Positions 11,122-24,359 of a stretch of DNA of 64,000 bases are shown piece after piece. The first letter of the stretch is position 1, and every line of letters begins with the position of its first letter. The notes below the pieces were generated by a model. That model saw nothing but the letters and a program-made list of their open reading frames with translations. It searched no databases and was not told where the DNA came from. Where the stretch lies: assembly GCA_052327205.1 (NCBI GenBank), contig CM126228.1, positions 28,086,001-28,150,000 of the forward strand. Direction: 5' to 3'. The position numbers and the translations under genes were made by a program. This DNA is from Somniosus microcephalus. Taxonomy: Eukaryota.

Positions 11122-14029
11122 TAGTTTATTGAGCAGAGTAGGCCGTGTGGAGGCTGGACATGTGGTCTTCATCAGCTAGCATACTGGTGCTTTAGAGTCC
11201 GGCCTGTACTAATGATCTGCATCAACACCACCGATCTGCATTACTTGTTTTGGAGTTGATCAAGTTGCTGGTTTTAATTTGGTATTATCAAGAGAGCATC
11301 ATTGATGTTGACTGATGTAAACTTTTCAGATCTAGTTGAGTCTTGTCTGGTGACAGGAAAGTCTATCACAAAACTGCCAACGTTACCATTCTGAGTAGTT
11401 CAAGTGCTACACGAAAGAGGATTTCACTTCCTCATCATTGCACCACAGAAAGGTGCACTGTGACTTTAAATAACCAGATTTGCATCATGGCACAAGGAAT
11501 TTGCATTGTGCAATATGATGCAAATACATTTTTGCAATGATAGAAACTGAATAAAATCTTGCCCAGAATCTTCCATGATTACGTTTTTCACTTCCTTCCG
11601 ACCTCTCAAAATAAAACCTCAGCATTGGAAACTCTGATCTAGCAATTCCTTTGGAGGGTAGATCAATCAATCCTAAAGTCCGATAATGTTCTCAGTGGAA
11701 TGTTGGAAGCTGTTGAGCCATCTGGTTTGGAAAGTGAATATCAGGAAGTTGTATGTAGGCCGTCCTCAACCTTTTCATCTATTAATGGATGCAAAATTAT
11801 GGGCAATGCACCTGTGATTTCCTGATTATCTATCGGCAGCAGGTGAGGCTCCTGTCAGTATCGTGAACTTGGAAAATTGGCCCATGTTCTCTATATGCGT
11901 ACTATTTGAAACTGACCCAATCTGAAGATTCTTGAACATTTGCCAAAACAACTTTTGACCTAAGTCGTCTCCTTAATAGCAAGTGCATCATTTTTGCAAA
12001 AGAAGTAATGCCTTCCTTACAGACACGCCAGTGCAGCACTGAAAGAGTCCTGCACTGTCGGTGCCATTTTTCACATGAAACGCTAAATCAAGTCCCCATC
12101 TGCCCTTTCAGCTGGACATCCCATGGTATTTTTCGTAATTAATTTTGCAAAGCAAATGCATTTGCTTGGCAAGGATGTCCTGTCTATTCAATTAAATATG
12201 AAAGCTATGGATCTTGTCTGCAGCAGTTTGTGTATTTAGAGCTGAGCGTTGCTCTGGCATTAACCAAGATTTAAAGTGACAGCTAGTTTAAGATGAGAAT
12301 TGTAGCTGAAACTCCGTGTTCAGTACACTTCTATCGTCCGAATAATTTAAAAATGAGTTTTTAGGAAATGTGTAGTTGTGACTCCTGACTGGATCGTGAC
12401 TTTCTTGGGTATACCTCCTTGTACCTGGTCCTGATGCTACAACTTTCTGGATTGATCATAGTGTTGATTTTTAAAAAATATTGTGACCCCAAAGTGAAGG
12501 GCCCAGGCCTGTAATGCAAGACACCACCAAAGTTTACAAACAGAACACCAGCTAAATCAGAGAGTAGCGATCAGGTGAAGCCAAGGAACGGTAATTGGGG
12601 TTAGTTGGGTGTTACAGACATTGTATGGTTTTTGCAAATTTCTTGTTTTCTGCTCACTTTGTACATGTTCATTATTGACGTAAGAGATTAGCATGCAGGA
12701 CAGTGTGCCACGTCCTTCCACTTGCTTGTCTTGAGGTTGGTTTTTCATGGTGCCTCTGTACTGTTGCTTCTTCTGGGCACTACCAGAGTGCGCTTTTTGT
12801 TTTTTCAGCTCAGTTGCTTTGAAAACCTACAGTTTAGCATCTGAATAACACGGCATAAACCCAGTGAACCTGTGGTTTGTTGAACATTGTTTAGCTGCTA
12901 GTTTTACTGTCTCGTTTGGAAGTGAGCATTTTCCTGATTTGAAAACACGCTGTTGTTGTTGATGTGTTTGTTTGTCTCCCTGGACTGGGCACCAGTTGAG
13001 CACATAGGGTTCTGGTGGTACTGCTCTGAACTGGGTGTCAGAAAGTGTGTGACAAACCTGCTCTCCAAACTGAACCACTGCTGACAAAGGCCTTCAACGA
13101 TTAAGGTATCCCAGAGTCCTTCAAACATCTGCCACAAATCACCCCTAAAACAAGGAAAGGGCCCGGGCCCCAGTGCCTGTTGGCCCTACAGATCTTATTG
13201 CCTCTTTAACAGTGATTTACAAAATAGTGGTTAGAGTTGTGGGCAGACCAAATCCTCTGGCTCCCAGGCTTTTCTATCATTGTGATGCATCCACCTTGAC
13301 AGTACAACCAGATACAGTGATATTCTTCCTGAATGATGAATAAGGCTTTCAACTGGGTAGAATGAAGCTTCCAACACAAGCAAATGGCCTTTATTGATGT
13401 ATGCAGATGACAAATCGGATTCTTTACTGCTAATCTTCATCCTTGGTGAGTGCTAATAGCTTACTCTCCTCCCACCTTCCCCATATTCCTGCCCTAGTGA
13501 GGAACTAGTTAAGGATGTCCCTCATCCCCAATTCACTCTTCTGTTCACCCTTAGACTTTTGGAGCCTTTGCTGTGACCATAAGAATGAACCATGTATCCA
13601 TGACATGCAGTTAAAAGGAGTAACGCACAGAGTATAATTCCTTGCAGATGACCTGCTCCTCTGTCACTAACCACTTCCCTCCTCGGCTGCTGTTCTTGCC
13701 CTTTTTGTGTATTGGGGTGATTGTTGTGGCTGGCTGGCTGGAAGGACTTGAGGAGAGTGCCTCCCTTCAGTATGTGGTGGAAGAGTTTTGTCCATAGATG
13801 ATTTCAGTTGGAACGTAGGGCTTTATAAGATTGTCTTGCCTTTTTTTTGGTGCCCCATTCAGAGTGGTAGTGGCAGAGGCCACCCCCTCAACTGCAAATG
13901 GTGCATGACCCAGGGAGACCACAAAGACATCACAACAAACCATTAGCAAATTTAGCCTGATCTCACTAGCTCAATCTCACCAAAGGGGGAAGCTATAGCC
14001 TTTACCCCTTGCTAACTAAATGTACTGAA

Positions 14030-14360
14030 GCCCTGCAAGCCTCCGAGATCTCTGTGCTCCTCCAATTCTGGCCTCTTGCGCATTCCCAATTTTCATCACT
14101 CCACCATTGGCGGCCATGCCTTAAGCTACCTAGACCCTAAGCTCTGGAATTCCTTCCTTAAACCTCCCCATCTCTCTACCTCTCTTTCCTCCTTTAAGAC
14201 GCTCCTTAAAACCTACCTCTTTAACCAAGCTTTTGGTCACCTGCCCTAATATCTCCTTATGTGGCTCGGTGCCAAATTTTGTTTGATAATCGCTCCTGTG
14301 AAGCGCCTTGGGATGTTTTACTATGTTAAAGGCGCTATAGAAAGGTAAGTTGTTGTTCTT
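14030..14360 (+). mobile_element. L2-type LINE 3' end
   Basis: CCACCATTGGCGGCCATGCCTT...CCTAAGCTCTGGAATTCC...CTCCTTAAAACCTACCTCTTT...AAGCGCCTTGGGATG...GGCGCTATAGAAAGGTAAGTTGTTG, typical of L2 ORF2 end plus 3' tail. Confidence 0.75.
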
Positions 14361-14649
14361 GTAGGTAAAATGAATGGGTAAGCTTAATTGTGACAAAAAA
14401 GCTAGAAAGATGTGTGTTATGGAAATAATGAAGGAGGAAGTAATAATTTGTTACTTGACACACGACTTTAACGAGTTTGCAGCCACAATATTGTATAGAC
14501 TGGTACAAAATGCTGTTTCTTGAAGCTGATCCAGTGGAATGTGATTACAGATTCAGTGATAACAGTAGCGAGGGCCAATCCACTTGCACCACATACACAG
14601 AGGAATAACCAGCCCGTGCAGGGGGTGGGATTCTGTTTTTATGTAGGAA

Positions 14650-15005
14650 GGTTTTGATTCAGAAGGTTGTGGCTTCAAGCCCCATTCCAGTATTGAGCAC
14701 AAACCCTAGGCTAGCAATTTAGCACAGCACAGAGGGATTACTGCCTTGTTGGCAGTGGGGTCTTTCAAATGAGATGTTAAACCTCAAGCAAAAGCACGAA
14801 AAACAGATTAACTGGTTATCTTATTTGCTCTTTGTAGGATCTTATTTGCTCTTTGTGGGATATTGCTGTGTCAAAATTGGCTGCTTCCTTTGCCTACATA
14901 ACAACAGTGATTACATTAAAAAAAAACAATCCATTTTGCAGCACTTTGGAATGCCCTAAGGACGTGAACGACGCTTATATAAATACAAGTTAATTTCTGT
15001 TTCTT
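14650..15005 (+). mobile_element. Degraded Deu-domain (SacSINE1-like) SINE
   Basis: TCAGAAGGTTGTGG.TTCAAGCCCCA head, GAGATGTTAAACC core remnant and TATATAAATACAAG tail; similar to 26065-26450. Confidence 0.55.
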
Positions 15006-17427
15006 TTCTTCCTATTCCTAAACGGTTTTGAAATACTATATTTTGGGAGGGCATAACAGGAGTACGAAGTGGTTCTTTTAATCTTTTAGACAATATAAAC
15101 ATTATGTGACTAAATACCCTGAAGTTAAAGGTTTGGTTAAGGAAGCTGTTTTATTGGTACCTGGGATTACCTAGAAATCCATTGTTCAATTTTTAAGAAG
15201 CCCTTTCCTATGCAACCAAAGGAGCTTTTTACTACTGTAATGGCCTGTAGCTGTGCATGAATATGACTGCTACTTCCATCATGGAACAGATCATTTGATC
15301 TATCTCTGGTGTTGTGTGTGGTAATGCTGTTGGCAAATATAAAAGTCATACTTAAATGTATTCAAAAATAGCCTACCAGCGATCCTGGTGCATGAAGTTT
15401 TTTAAATGAAATTAAATGGGAGGATACAGTGAGAACAATAACAATAGTGTTTAACATCACTAATGAAAGCTGGGGTTGTAAATAAGAGCAGCAGCCCTAT
15501 TTAACTGTGACAACCGTTTATAATCGAGGCCACACTTACTGTGTGTGCAGTGTCTGCAGCTGTTTCACTGCGCAAATTTTCCTTTTTGGTTTTCTCAGTA
15601 ATCGGAGAGTCTTTTGAAGCCAAAAGTTCCTCTTGAGGCAATCCGTGCAGTAGAACTGCCCCAAAACTGGTCCGATTGTGGGATTTGATATGGGGGCCGG
15701 GTCTGAGGGCAGACTCTCGACCTATATTTTCATCCCTTAGGCTTCATAATCGCTACTGTATAACTGGAAGCACTGCACAGCAAACTTCAATCTCCCTTTA
15801 CTGCACTGTTTACTATCTATTATCTTCCTTGAAACAAGAAATCCTTAATGGCCATAGAAGCCTTGTAAGATGGAAATAAAATTTGCAGCTTTGTTCTTCA
15901 CTAAATGTGTTGTACAAAATTCGGTAATTCTTCACTGCGTTAGGTAAAATGCTCAACCTATAGAAAGAAGTCCAACGAATATATAATGCCTTGGCCAGGC
16001 AAACTGCTCGGGGATATATCAATTCTGAATGGAATGCTGTTTTTATAAGTTAATTCTGAATGAATTTAATAATGTTGACATTGCACAAAAAAGGATTTTT
16101 TTTTTTTAAAAAGAGACTTAATTTTGTTTCATTCACCAATTTTCTTCTGCATTTGTTAAGATCTGAAACAATATGTACACAAACTTTTTGTTTCCCCAGA
16201 ATGTAGCGACGGAGGTGAGAGTAGCTGCCACTGGTAAATCTGTGTTGGCTACTTAATTAACATTAACCTTTTCATGACAAGTATAGTGTGAATGAAGAAT
16301 AGAGGAACTTTTGCTTGTGTTGAAAGATGACATTTAGTTTGCCTTTTCCCTGGTCGGCTACACCACATATTGTTTAATCGGCAAGAAAGTGAGCAAGTGA
16401 CTTGGTATCAAGTCTTCACCAATCTTTTTTTGTCTCCCCACCCCCCCGAGCCCCTAGATTCCATTAGCAGCCAATGCTGTCTGCCTCTGATGTGGCTTGT
16501 TTGCATCTTGATATGCCTTCATAGCAGCACACCTGAGGCTGGAAGCTCAACAGCATGGATGAATCTATGGTGCTCCAACATGCTGTGCCAATATGTTGGT
16601 CTCCATGTGCCTTGCAGTTGGTGTTGAGAAGTGCACGAATGTAGAGGTATTGTATGAGAACAATCCGGTGTGACTTGCACACTGGCTTCTCTTACTCCCC
16701 TCCCCTCTCTTCCCTTTCCCTTTCCTCTCCTCCCTTCCTGCAAGGAAATTGACTAGCCTCTGAGAAAGATTTGTTGAATTTAAATAGAGCCCATAAGATT
16801 TTGCTGCACGTTCTGCAGCTGTCGTACTCTCATAATGTTACACAGGGATCAGTAGTTCCCAGGGGTAAAAAGGAATTGATTTGTATCTGAATGTTGAATT
16901 AAGTCAAAAGAATGAATGATGTGAGCAACTTGTACGGATTGGAGCCTAAAACGTTAAGTCCTGTTAACGTAACTAAAAAGTTGCATAAAGTTGCAAATGA
17001 CTTGCGGTATTGTTGTATAAAAGTGAGATCTCGGCTCTAAATATTCTTGTATTGAGATTTGCTTCTTGATGTGCCGAGTTCTTTACACTTAGAAATCTAA
17101 AGAACACAGCATCATAGCAAAGCACCTTCCTGCATTGGCTTGCTACTGACTGATTTCATTAGTGCTCTGCTATTGATGACAGAAGGTGTGGAGAGAGTTG
17201 ACGGGAGTACGAGTAAAGAGAGAAACATTTGAGCAAAGCTGCACCTGCTAATACAGCTTGTGACATGATGAATGAGCTAGAAAGAATCAGCAGATGGCTC
17301 AGACTGCACTGATGGTGACGTGAAACAAAGGAATATGGAGTGTGTGCAAAAGTCCGAGTGTGTTTAACTGCAAAACATAAATCATTGCATATTTATCCCA
17401 TTAATAATTAAAAATACTGTAGCTTCC

Positions 17428-17646
17428 TCACGTTCCCCAACTTAGAAATATATCGCCATTCTTTCATCGTCGCTGGGTCAAAATCCTGGAGCTCCCTGCC
17501 TAACGGCACTCTGGGAGTACCTTCACTACACGGACTGCAGCGGTTCAAGAAGGTCTACCACCACCTTCTCAAGATAATCTAGGGATGGGCAATAAATGCT
17601 CGTCTTGCTGGCGACGCCCACATCCCCAGAATGAATATACAAAAAA
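17428..17646 (+). mobile_element. 3' tail fragment of the CR1-group LINE at 47045-53734
   Basis: TTCATCGTCGCTGGGTCAAAATCCTGG...GGATGGGCAATAAATGCT...GCGACGCCCACATCCC matches 53550-53720. Confidence 0.85.
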
Positions 17647-18062
17647 CCCCCCCCCCATTTGCAAGCATGCTGTTTTGAATGACAGGTTCAAGCTTGCTTC
17701 CTGTTTAGAGTAACAGAATTTACCCTTTGGTGCATTAACCATGTTGTACAGCTGCCAATAATATCACAAACTCAAAGCTGCAGCTCCCCATGATGTATTT
17801 AGGCTTTTTTTAAAAAAGAAAACTGAAATAATTGATGTGCCAAAAAACTTATAATGTAAAGTATTAATTTTTCTAGATGAATGCTGGTGACAATGGAGAA
17901 CACTGATAACTTGCTGCTTACAGATTGAGCCACTGTGGGTTCTGAAATGCTAGTTCCTGCCAATGAGGGAGTCAGCAAAGTCTCTCGGCATTTATGTCTG
18001 TGCAATTTAGGCACCTTTTGCACATCAGAGTTCTTTACCTTATCTCGAAAAATTAGCCTATT

Positions 18063-18347
18063 TCTAAAGATAAGGGGTAAGCCATTTAGGACTGAGATGA
18101 GGAGGAATTTCTTCACCCAGAGAGTGGTGAACCTGTGGAATTCTCTACCACAAAAGGCAGTTGAGGCCAATTCATTAAATATATTCAAGAAGGAGTTAGA
18201 TATATTTCTTAAGGCTAAAGGGATCAAGGGATATGGGGAGAAAGCAGTGACCGGGAATTTGGATGATCAGCCATGATCTCATTAAATGGCGGAACAGGCT
18301 TGAGGGGCCGAATGGCCTACTCCTGCTCCTATCTTCTATGTTTCTAT
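18063..18347 (+). mobile_element. Young CR1 LINE 3' fragment
   Basis: Peptide LKIRGKPFRTEMRRNFFTQRVVNLWNSLPQKAVEANSLNIFKKELD, then GGCCGAATGGCCTACTCCTGCTCCTAT and a TTCTATG tail; near-identical to 21641-21957. Confidence 0.9.
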
Positions 18348-21300
18348 AGATCCTATTGTAATTGTTATTGAAAAAAGTTAATTACTTGTAATTGGTTATT
18401 TTGAAACTATTAATGTGGGGCATTTGTGTATATATTCAGTGAAATACTATACTCTGAAGCTGACTTTATTGCTAAAGGTTATAGAAATCTGAAATGAATC
18501 ATTATGTAAATGTCACAATGACTATTTTGGATTCCCTGGCTATAGTATTAACGTTTGTTCAAATATTCCCAAAATATACATATGTTATCGTATTATTCTT
18601 GTTTGGTCCCGGAACTATTACATCTGTATAATTAAGTCCCATCACATCTGAAAGTGTGTCCTGAAAACCTTGCACCTCCTGAAGTAACACATGTTTGAAG
18701 AGCAAAATCTCCGATATTGGCAACAACAGATTAATGGCTGCTTGAGCCAGTGAAATATCTGATGACCATTTTGAATAAATTAACATGACAAATGAGGACT
18801 AAGTAACCAGGAGGAAACTGAGCAAAGAACTTGCATTTATATAGCAAGCAAATCCGTTTTTTTCCACAGCCACCATTTGCAAACCAGCAAATACCGCAAG
18901 AATGATTGATTAAATATCTTATTTGCGTTTTTGAGCACCGTTTTCTTTCTCTACTAAAGTCAGAAAGAGGTACATCATAGGAGTTATCGTTTTCACCCTG
19001 CTCATGTGGTACAATAAAGAGCCCACTGTGACAACCAAGCAGAAAATTTATAATTAACTGTGAGGCCTGAGTGACCGCAAAAAGCCGACCAACAATGAAG
19101 CAATCGCTTTTCTTTTTCAGTTTGAACCATTAAATAAAAATTCTGACCACAGAGGCCAACAGTGTCTCCCATGGTACCTGCTGCAAATTGTTTTAAAAAA
19201 ACTGAATAAACACGATTGCCCGACCTGCATGGCATGCATGGAGGCTTTGTCGAAATGGGGGTGACTTACTTGGAGATTTTAGTGACTGCTTTAAGTTGAG
19301 CAACACTTTTATTATATATTATATTATTTATTTATATATATATATCCAGGCATTTATTCCGCACTCTGTTTGTATCACATTCTTCTCTGCTTATTTAACA
19401 AGGCACTTACTCGTGTAAAATAAAGGGGCTAATGCCTCCAGGGAGGAGCAATTTGATCCCACCATGCTAATTGCTGATAGTAATAATTTTCAGGTGCTGT
19501 GATGTTTTAGGTGAGGGTTATATGTTTCTCCAGTAATTGCATTTTTATGAAATTTTAATTGGTGAGGGTGATGGAATGCAGAGAAATGGAGTCTCTGAAT
19601 TGTCAGCTAAAGCAGCCATCGTAAATTCTGCAATGCCTTTTTGTCTTTTAATAGCTATTTTAGGCATTCGATTCCTCCCAGTGCTTGTGTTCCTTTCTCT
19701 CCAGAAATCCAATAGCCTTTTCTGCACCACCGATAGAGGCATCTTTAAAGAATAGTCAGAACTTGTTGAACATTTTGACTTCCTGGCGGTAGTGTGAATG
19801 CATGCACTTGACTCGTTTTAAGGTTGAATAATTTGCTCTCTTGGTTGCCTGTTTAGGAAGGGCGATATTTTAATGTGCTGCCGAATTTTGGAGGAGTTTG
19901 AAGTCCTTGAATGTTTGACAGACCAATCCAGCAACCAATCCTGATTCCTCTATTGGTTCCACTGTCGGTCTCCAGAACACATTGCCATCTTGGGAACTAG
20001 TGCAGTGGGAAGGGACATTTTATCATTTGTGTTCTATTAAAGGTTATGAAGTAGCCTGCAAGAAGAAGTTGAAATGTTCAGTCTTTCAACTTTCTCAACA
20101 GAAGTTGTATTAAAGAATTCCATCTATTAAAGAATGCATTTTCTTCCCACCCCACCCCCTGTCCCAATGTTTTGCTTATCTGGTTCCAGCCACCAACCAT
20201 TTTTCTCATTGCAGTCTACAGATCCAGATTTTAATATCCTGATATTCAGACTACATTTTGGCAACCCAGTCTTCAAACGAGCTTGCAACAAAAAAAACTG
20301 CCACTACACGTGCTTATTGCAGCTCACTGCGCGTGTATACTTAATCACCTGCTCGCACTGTTTTGCTTCTGTTTCTTAGCATGTGGACAACAGCTTGAGG
20401 TAAAGCTCTGACATTATGTTCAGAAAACTGTCTTGATTTTTTTTCTTTCTTTTTTTCTCCCCTCCCCTTCTGCCTGCTTGGGAGTTTGCCTGTTTTTTTT
20501 TTTTGCATCTCCACTGTTGTACGTCGGTTATCGTTCAGCACTAAACTCCTGTTTCACTTCAACTTTCTCTGTTGCTAATTTAAAAAAGGAGGGATGTGTG
20601 TATGATGGGCGCTGAGTATTAGAGCACCAACATGTAGTACCATAGGGTCGGAAAATACAGCCGAGAGTCCCAATCAGTGGAATTCCCAAACTCGGCTTTG
20701 CTGGCAGGGAGGCAACTAATACAGCCCAGCCACCTCCCTCCAGAAAGGATGGAAAATTTGTGAAGGTGTCAGTCTTGGGTCCTTCTACACTCTTGTGGTG
20801 ACGACGTGTGAAGTGATGTGGACACAAAGCAGGCCATTTGCCTTTCCCCACAACCATTGGAGTCTATATAACTAGAGGGACTCGTCGTGAGGGAGTAAAA
20901 GAAGGTACGTCCCTTTGTTGAAGGGTAAAGCACTGTTTCAACAGGAGCAGGTATTTCTTTAAAAGCAAAAGTTTCTGCGTCACAGTAAACATAATAGCCA
21001 GTTGTGGATAATCTACTGAGGATTTGGTGTATACCTTACATGTGTGCTCATGCGGGACCAAATGCTATTTTTGTAGAACACCTGTAGTAATGCATTATGC
21101 TGTAGATGATTAAATGTTACTTGTAAAAAAAAAAGTAAATATGCTCATCCTCTAATTATTTGGACTTAGTTTAGCAGAAGCAGATAAGTGGGTTATTAAC
21201 AAATGAAGACGAAGCCAAATGAAATAAAATAAATGAGGAAATGCAAGAACGATGAGGAAATATAACAAGGAACAAAAGGCACCGTTATTCTGCCACTTGT

Positions 21301-21640
21301 ACACTACTTCACAACAGTGTAAAAGTGACCAGACAATCTGACCCGAGAATCTGATTCCAGTCTTGCTGTAGATTGTTGTAGTTTGAGGGCTCCTAGCAGA
21401 GGCTGTCTCGCACATCTTGCACTTCGCACCACATGGAGCACAAACTCTGGTGCCGAATTGAGCAGGGCACTTTATAAACTTGTCTTTTTTTACATAGTGT
21501 TTTGAGAATGACGGTGCTTTCTGTCGTGCTCCCCAGGAGTCCAGCTTGTGTGCAGGGAGCTGGCTCCTGCCCGTCAGTGTGTCAAGCAGCCCGCAGCATA
21601 ACTTTGAGTGCCGCTGGCTGTTAATTGGGTTCGGCTACCG

Positions 21641-21957
21641 AGAGGAGTCCAGAACCAGGGGTCACAGTCTAAAGATAAGGGGTAAGCCATTTAGGACAGA
21701 GATGAGGAGGAATTTCTTCACCCAGAGAGTGGTGAACCTGTGGAATTCTCTACCACAGAGGGCGGTGGAGGCCAATTCATTAAATATATTCAAGAAGGAG
21801 TTAGATATATTTCTTAAGGCTAAAGGGATCAAGGGATATGGGGAGAAAGCGGGGACAGGGTACTGAATTTGGATGATCAGCCATGATCTCGTTGAATGGC
21901 AGAGCAGGCTCGAGGGGCTGAATGGCCTACTCCTGCTCCTATCTTCTATGTATCTAT
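21641..21957 (+). mobile_element. Young CR1 LINE 3' fragment with TSD
   Basis: Peptide SRTRGHSLKIRGKPFRTEMRRNFFTQRVVNLWNSLPQ. Flanked by GGCTACCG (21633-40) and GGCTACGG (21958-65). Confidence 0.9.
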
Positions 21958-22215
21958 GGCTACGGTCGTTCTGTGGGTATGGCACTGGACCAGCAATCCA
22001 GAGGGTGAGAGTTCAGATCCCACCATGTCAAGCTGGGAAGCTGAATTGAATAAATTTGGTCATTTGCAGACTGATCCTGCACAAAATGGTTCACTAATAT
22101 TCTCCAGGGAGGGACCGGCTGCCCTGTCTGCTCTGGCTTACATGTGACTCCATTGCCATAATACATGATTGACTCATGGGCAATAAATAGTGCTTTGCCA
22201 GTGGCACCCACATCA
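21958..22215 (+). mobile_element. Degraded tRNA-headed SINE sharing head, body and tail with the 47045-53734 LINE
   Basis: CACTGGACCAGCAATCCAGAG...GAGTTCAGATCCCACCA head, TGGTTCACTAAT...ATGTGACTCCA body and ATGGGCAATAAAT...TTGCCAGTGGCACCCACATC tail. Confidence 0.65.
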
Positions 22216-23011
22216 ATAACAAAACAAGTCCAGCTACCAGTCTCTGGTCATTAGTGCACTATAACTGCTGAAGTAGAAACAGAGATGTAGAATAAATTAA
22301 GAAATAGAGGTAGTTTAGAAATTGACCACTTACTCAAATCGTACCATACCTTTTTATGATGAACTATGATGGTTTAATATTTTACACTGTAGTTGTACGA
22401 CAGAAGTTAAGTGTTGTCTGCCTCATCACCTCTTTTAATAATGGTCTGAGTGGGGAAACAATTTGGATTACAAACTTCAATTAATTTTTTTAAGGCAAGA
22501 GAGGGTAATCAACAAACCTTAACCTCATGTAAGGATATTTGTTTGTCTTTTTTCTTTTAATTTAAAAGTGTGCATAAATTGCATTGGACCAAGCAAACAG
22601 GAATATTTTTAAAAGCACATCGCAGTAACAGCTTAGCCACATCCATAATGGCCTCCATTGGTCTTCATTAGTGACAAATTGTGACCCTGCCCTTTGCTCA
22701 GAGGTTTGCTGAATTGACGCGCAAGTCACAAAACCAGAACCCCAGATTCATGGTACATGAACTTTCCAGGTACTTGAACTCTGCTTTCAGTTGAGTGGAA
22801 CTTCACCGTGCAAATGCTGCATGCTAAAGATGAGCTGATTTCCCAGTGTGTCCGAAACTACTTTTGGCATATATTGATCGAAGATTCAAAGAACGTGATT
22901 GTGATCAAGTTCACACGATCAGTATGGGAAAGTATCCAGATGGTAGTCAGTAACAACACATGTTCATTTTAAACAGATCCTTTTCTGTAGCCGTCCCTTA
23001 CCTTGAGTAAG

Positions 23012-23025
23012 GTTTCCATAGCAAC
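23012..23025. promoter_or_regulatory. RFX X-box-like motif
   Basis: GTTTCCATAGCAAC fits the X-box consensus GTNRCC(N0-3)RGYAAC / GTTNCCATRGNAAC in non-repeat sequence. Motif match only. Confidence 0.3.
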
Positions 23026-23648
23026 TGCAGGATGTGATGAGAAGCAGCAGTAGATTTCCAGAGCCAGAACCATGTGCTTCTGGTGGCTAGAAAGGTAGAA
23101 AAGAATAATCATTTCTACTGGTTTCCTCTTTAAACTCTTTAAAATTAGCTGCTTGAAAAAGAGCAATGTCAAAGCAATTGGGGGAGTGGGACTAGACTAG
23201 ATGACTCACATGGAGAAAACACGGTACTTGATGGGCTGAATGGCTTGTTTCCGTGTTGGAGCATTCTACAATATGATGAATTGCCCTTTTACTGATCAAC
23301 ACATTAATACCCCGGACATGTGAAGGATAACTTATGAGCTGATTCTGGCTTGAATTCCTGAATTACATTATGCTGCACCACTTCAATCACTTTTTCCTCC
23401 CACAATAATTTCTGTATTCACGTTTTTCTATATTTAATGCTGACATTAAGGAATCTGTGGGTTACGTTATGTTGTGTAATTCTGTTATGATCCGTGCCAA
23501 TAACCAGCAAAAAACACCCAGTAAACGTAATTTTATTTTACCAACACCGAAAGGTCAGATTATTAAAACATTGCTAGGATGATTCATTTCACCCTCTGCT
23601 GTAAGTTATTCGCAAGGCGAGCAGACTATATGTGGATGACAACACTGT

Positions 23649-24359
23649 GGGGGAGAAATTGGGTGGAGCCGCAAACGGGGCGCCAAGCTCGCCTGGGCGC
23701 TGGATTTAGCGCAGCGTTTGGAGCAGTAGCGACCGCCGGAAATTCAGCTTGAGCGCCCCAAGAGGGACACGGGGCGAGGCTCGAGGCGCTCCGTGTCCCT
23801 CTTAGGGCGCTGAAACTGAATATCGCAGCGCAACGTGCCGCAGTGCCACACGCTGCGGCACGGCGCGCTGCGGTACTGCAGGCCTTCCTCCCATTCTTAA
23901 GGGGGAGGGGCCTGCACCAGCGCGATCAGAGATCGCGAGTGCTAGCAAAAGAGCCCGGCACCGAGGAGAAGTGCCGGGCTCTCGGAAAACAGCCGGCAAT
24001 GCTGCGGGGGGTGATCAGGAGGCCGGGGACGGAGGTGCTGGCAGGCAGCCGCCGAAAAAAAACGGCCGACCCGCATCTCCACCTTAATTTGCGCCACTGC
24101 CGCCACAGGAAGGCCCCGTGAACCGGGCGCCATTTGCAAACGGCGCTACAGAGGCAGTCGCTGCCAAATATCGAGATCGGGGCGGTAGTGGGGCGCTGCG
24201 CACACCGATGATGTCATCGGAGGCGGCGCAACGCAACAGGTTAACGCCGCCATTAGCGCCCCAGCTAAATATCGCGGGAGGCGAGGCCAGTGGCGCTAAA
24301 GCCACTGAGTGCCCTCTTTAGGCGTTAACTGGTGGCGCAGCCCACCGAATTTCTAGGCC
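23649..24359. mobile_element. PIF/Harbinger-like MITE, 711 bp, CpG-rich
   Basis: TIRs GGGGGAGAAATTGGGTGG / rc GGCCTAGAAATTCGGTGG; 3-bp TSD TGT (23646-48, 24360-62). Internally similar to 55486-56131. Confidence 0.8.

Noticed and set aside
20647-20802. Open frame GRKIQPRVPISGIPKLGF... with an SxIP-like motif
   Set aside because: No ATG, weak acceptor, no good donor and no recognisable protein.
18063-21957. Two near-identical direct repeats ~3.6 kb apart read as LTRs
   Set aside because: Both are 5'-truncated CR1 tails with different 5' ends, one with its own TSD, and there is no TG...CA, PBS or internal gag-pol.
23802-24321. Cluster of overlapping GC-rich ORFs, also at 55368-55992 and 34482-35153
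   Set aside because: They lie within TIR-bounded MITEs. Open frames reflect high GC content and show no transposase motifs.
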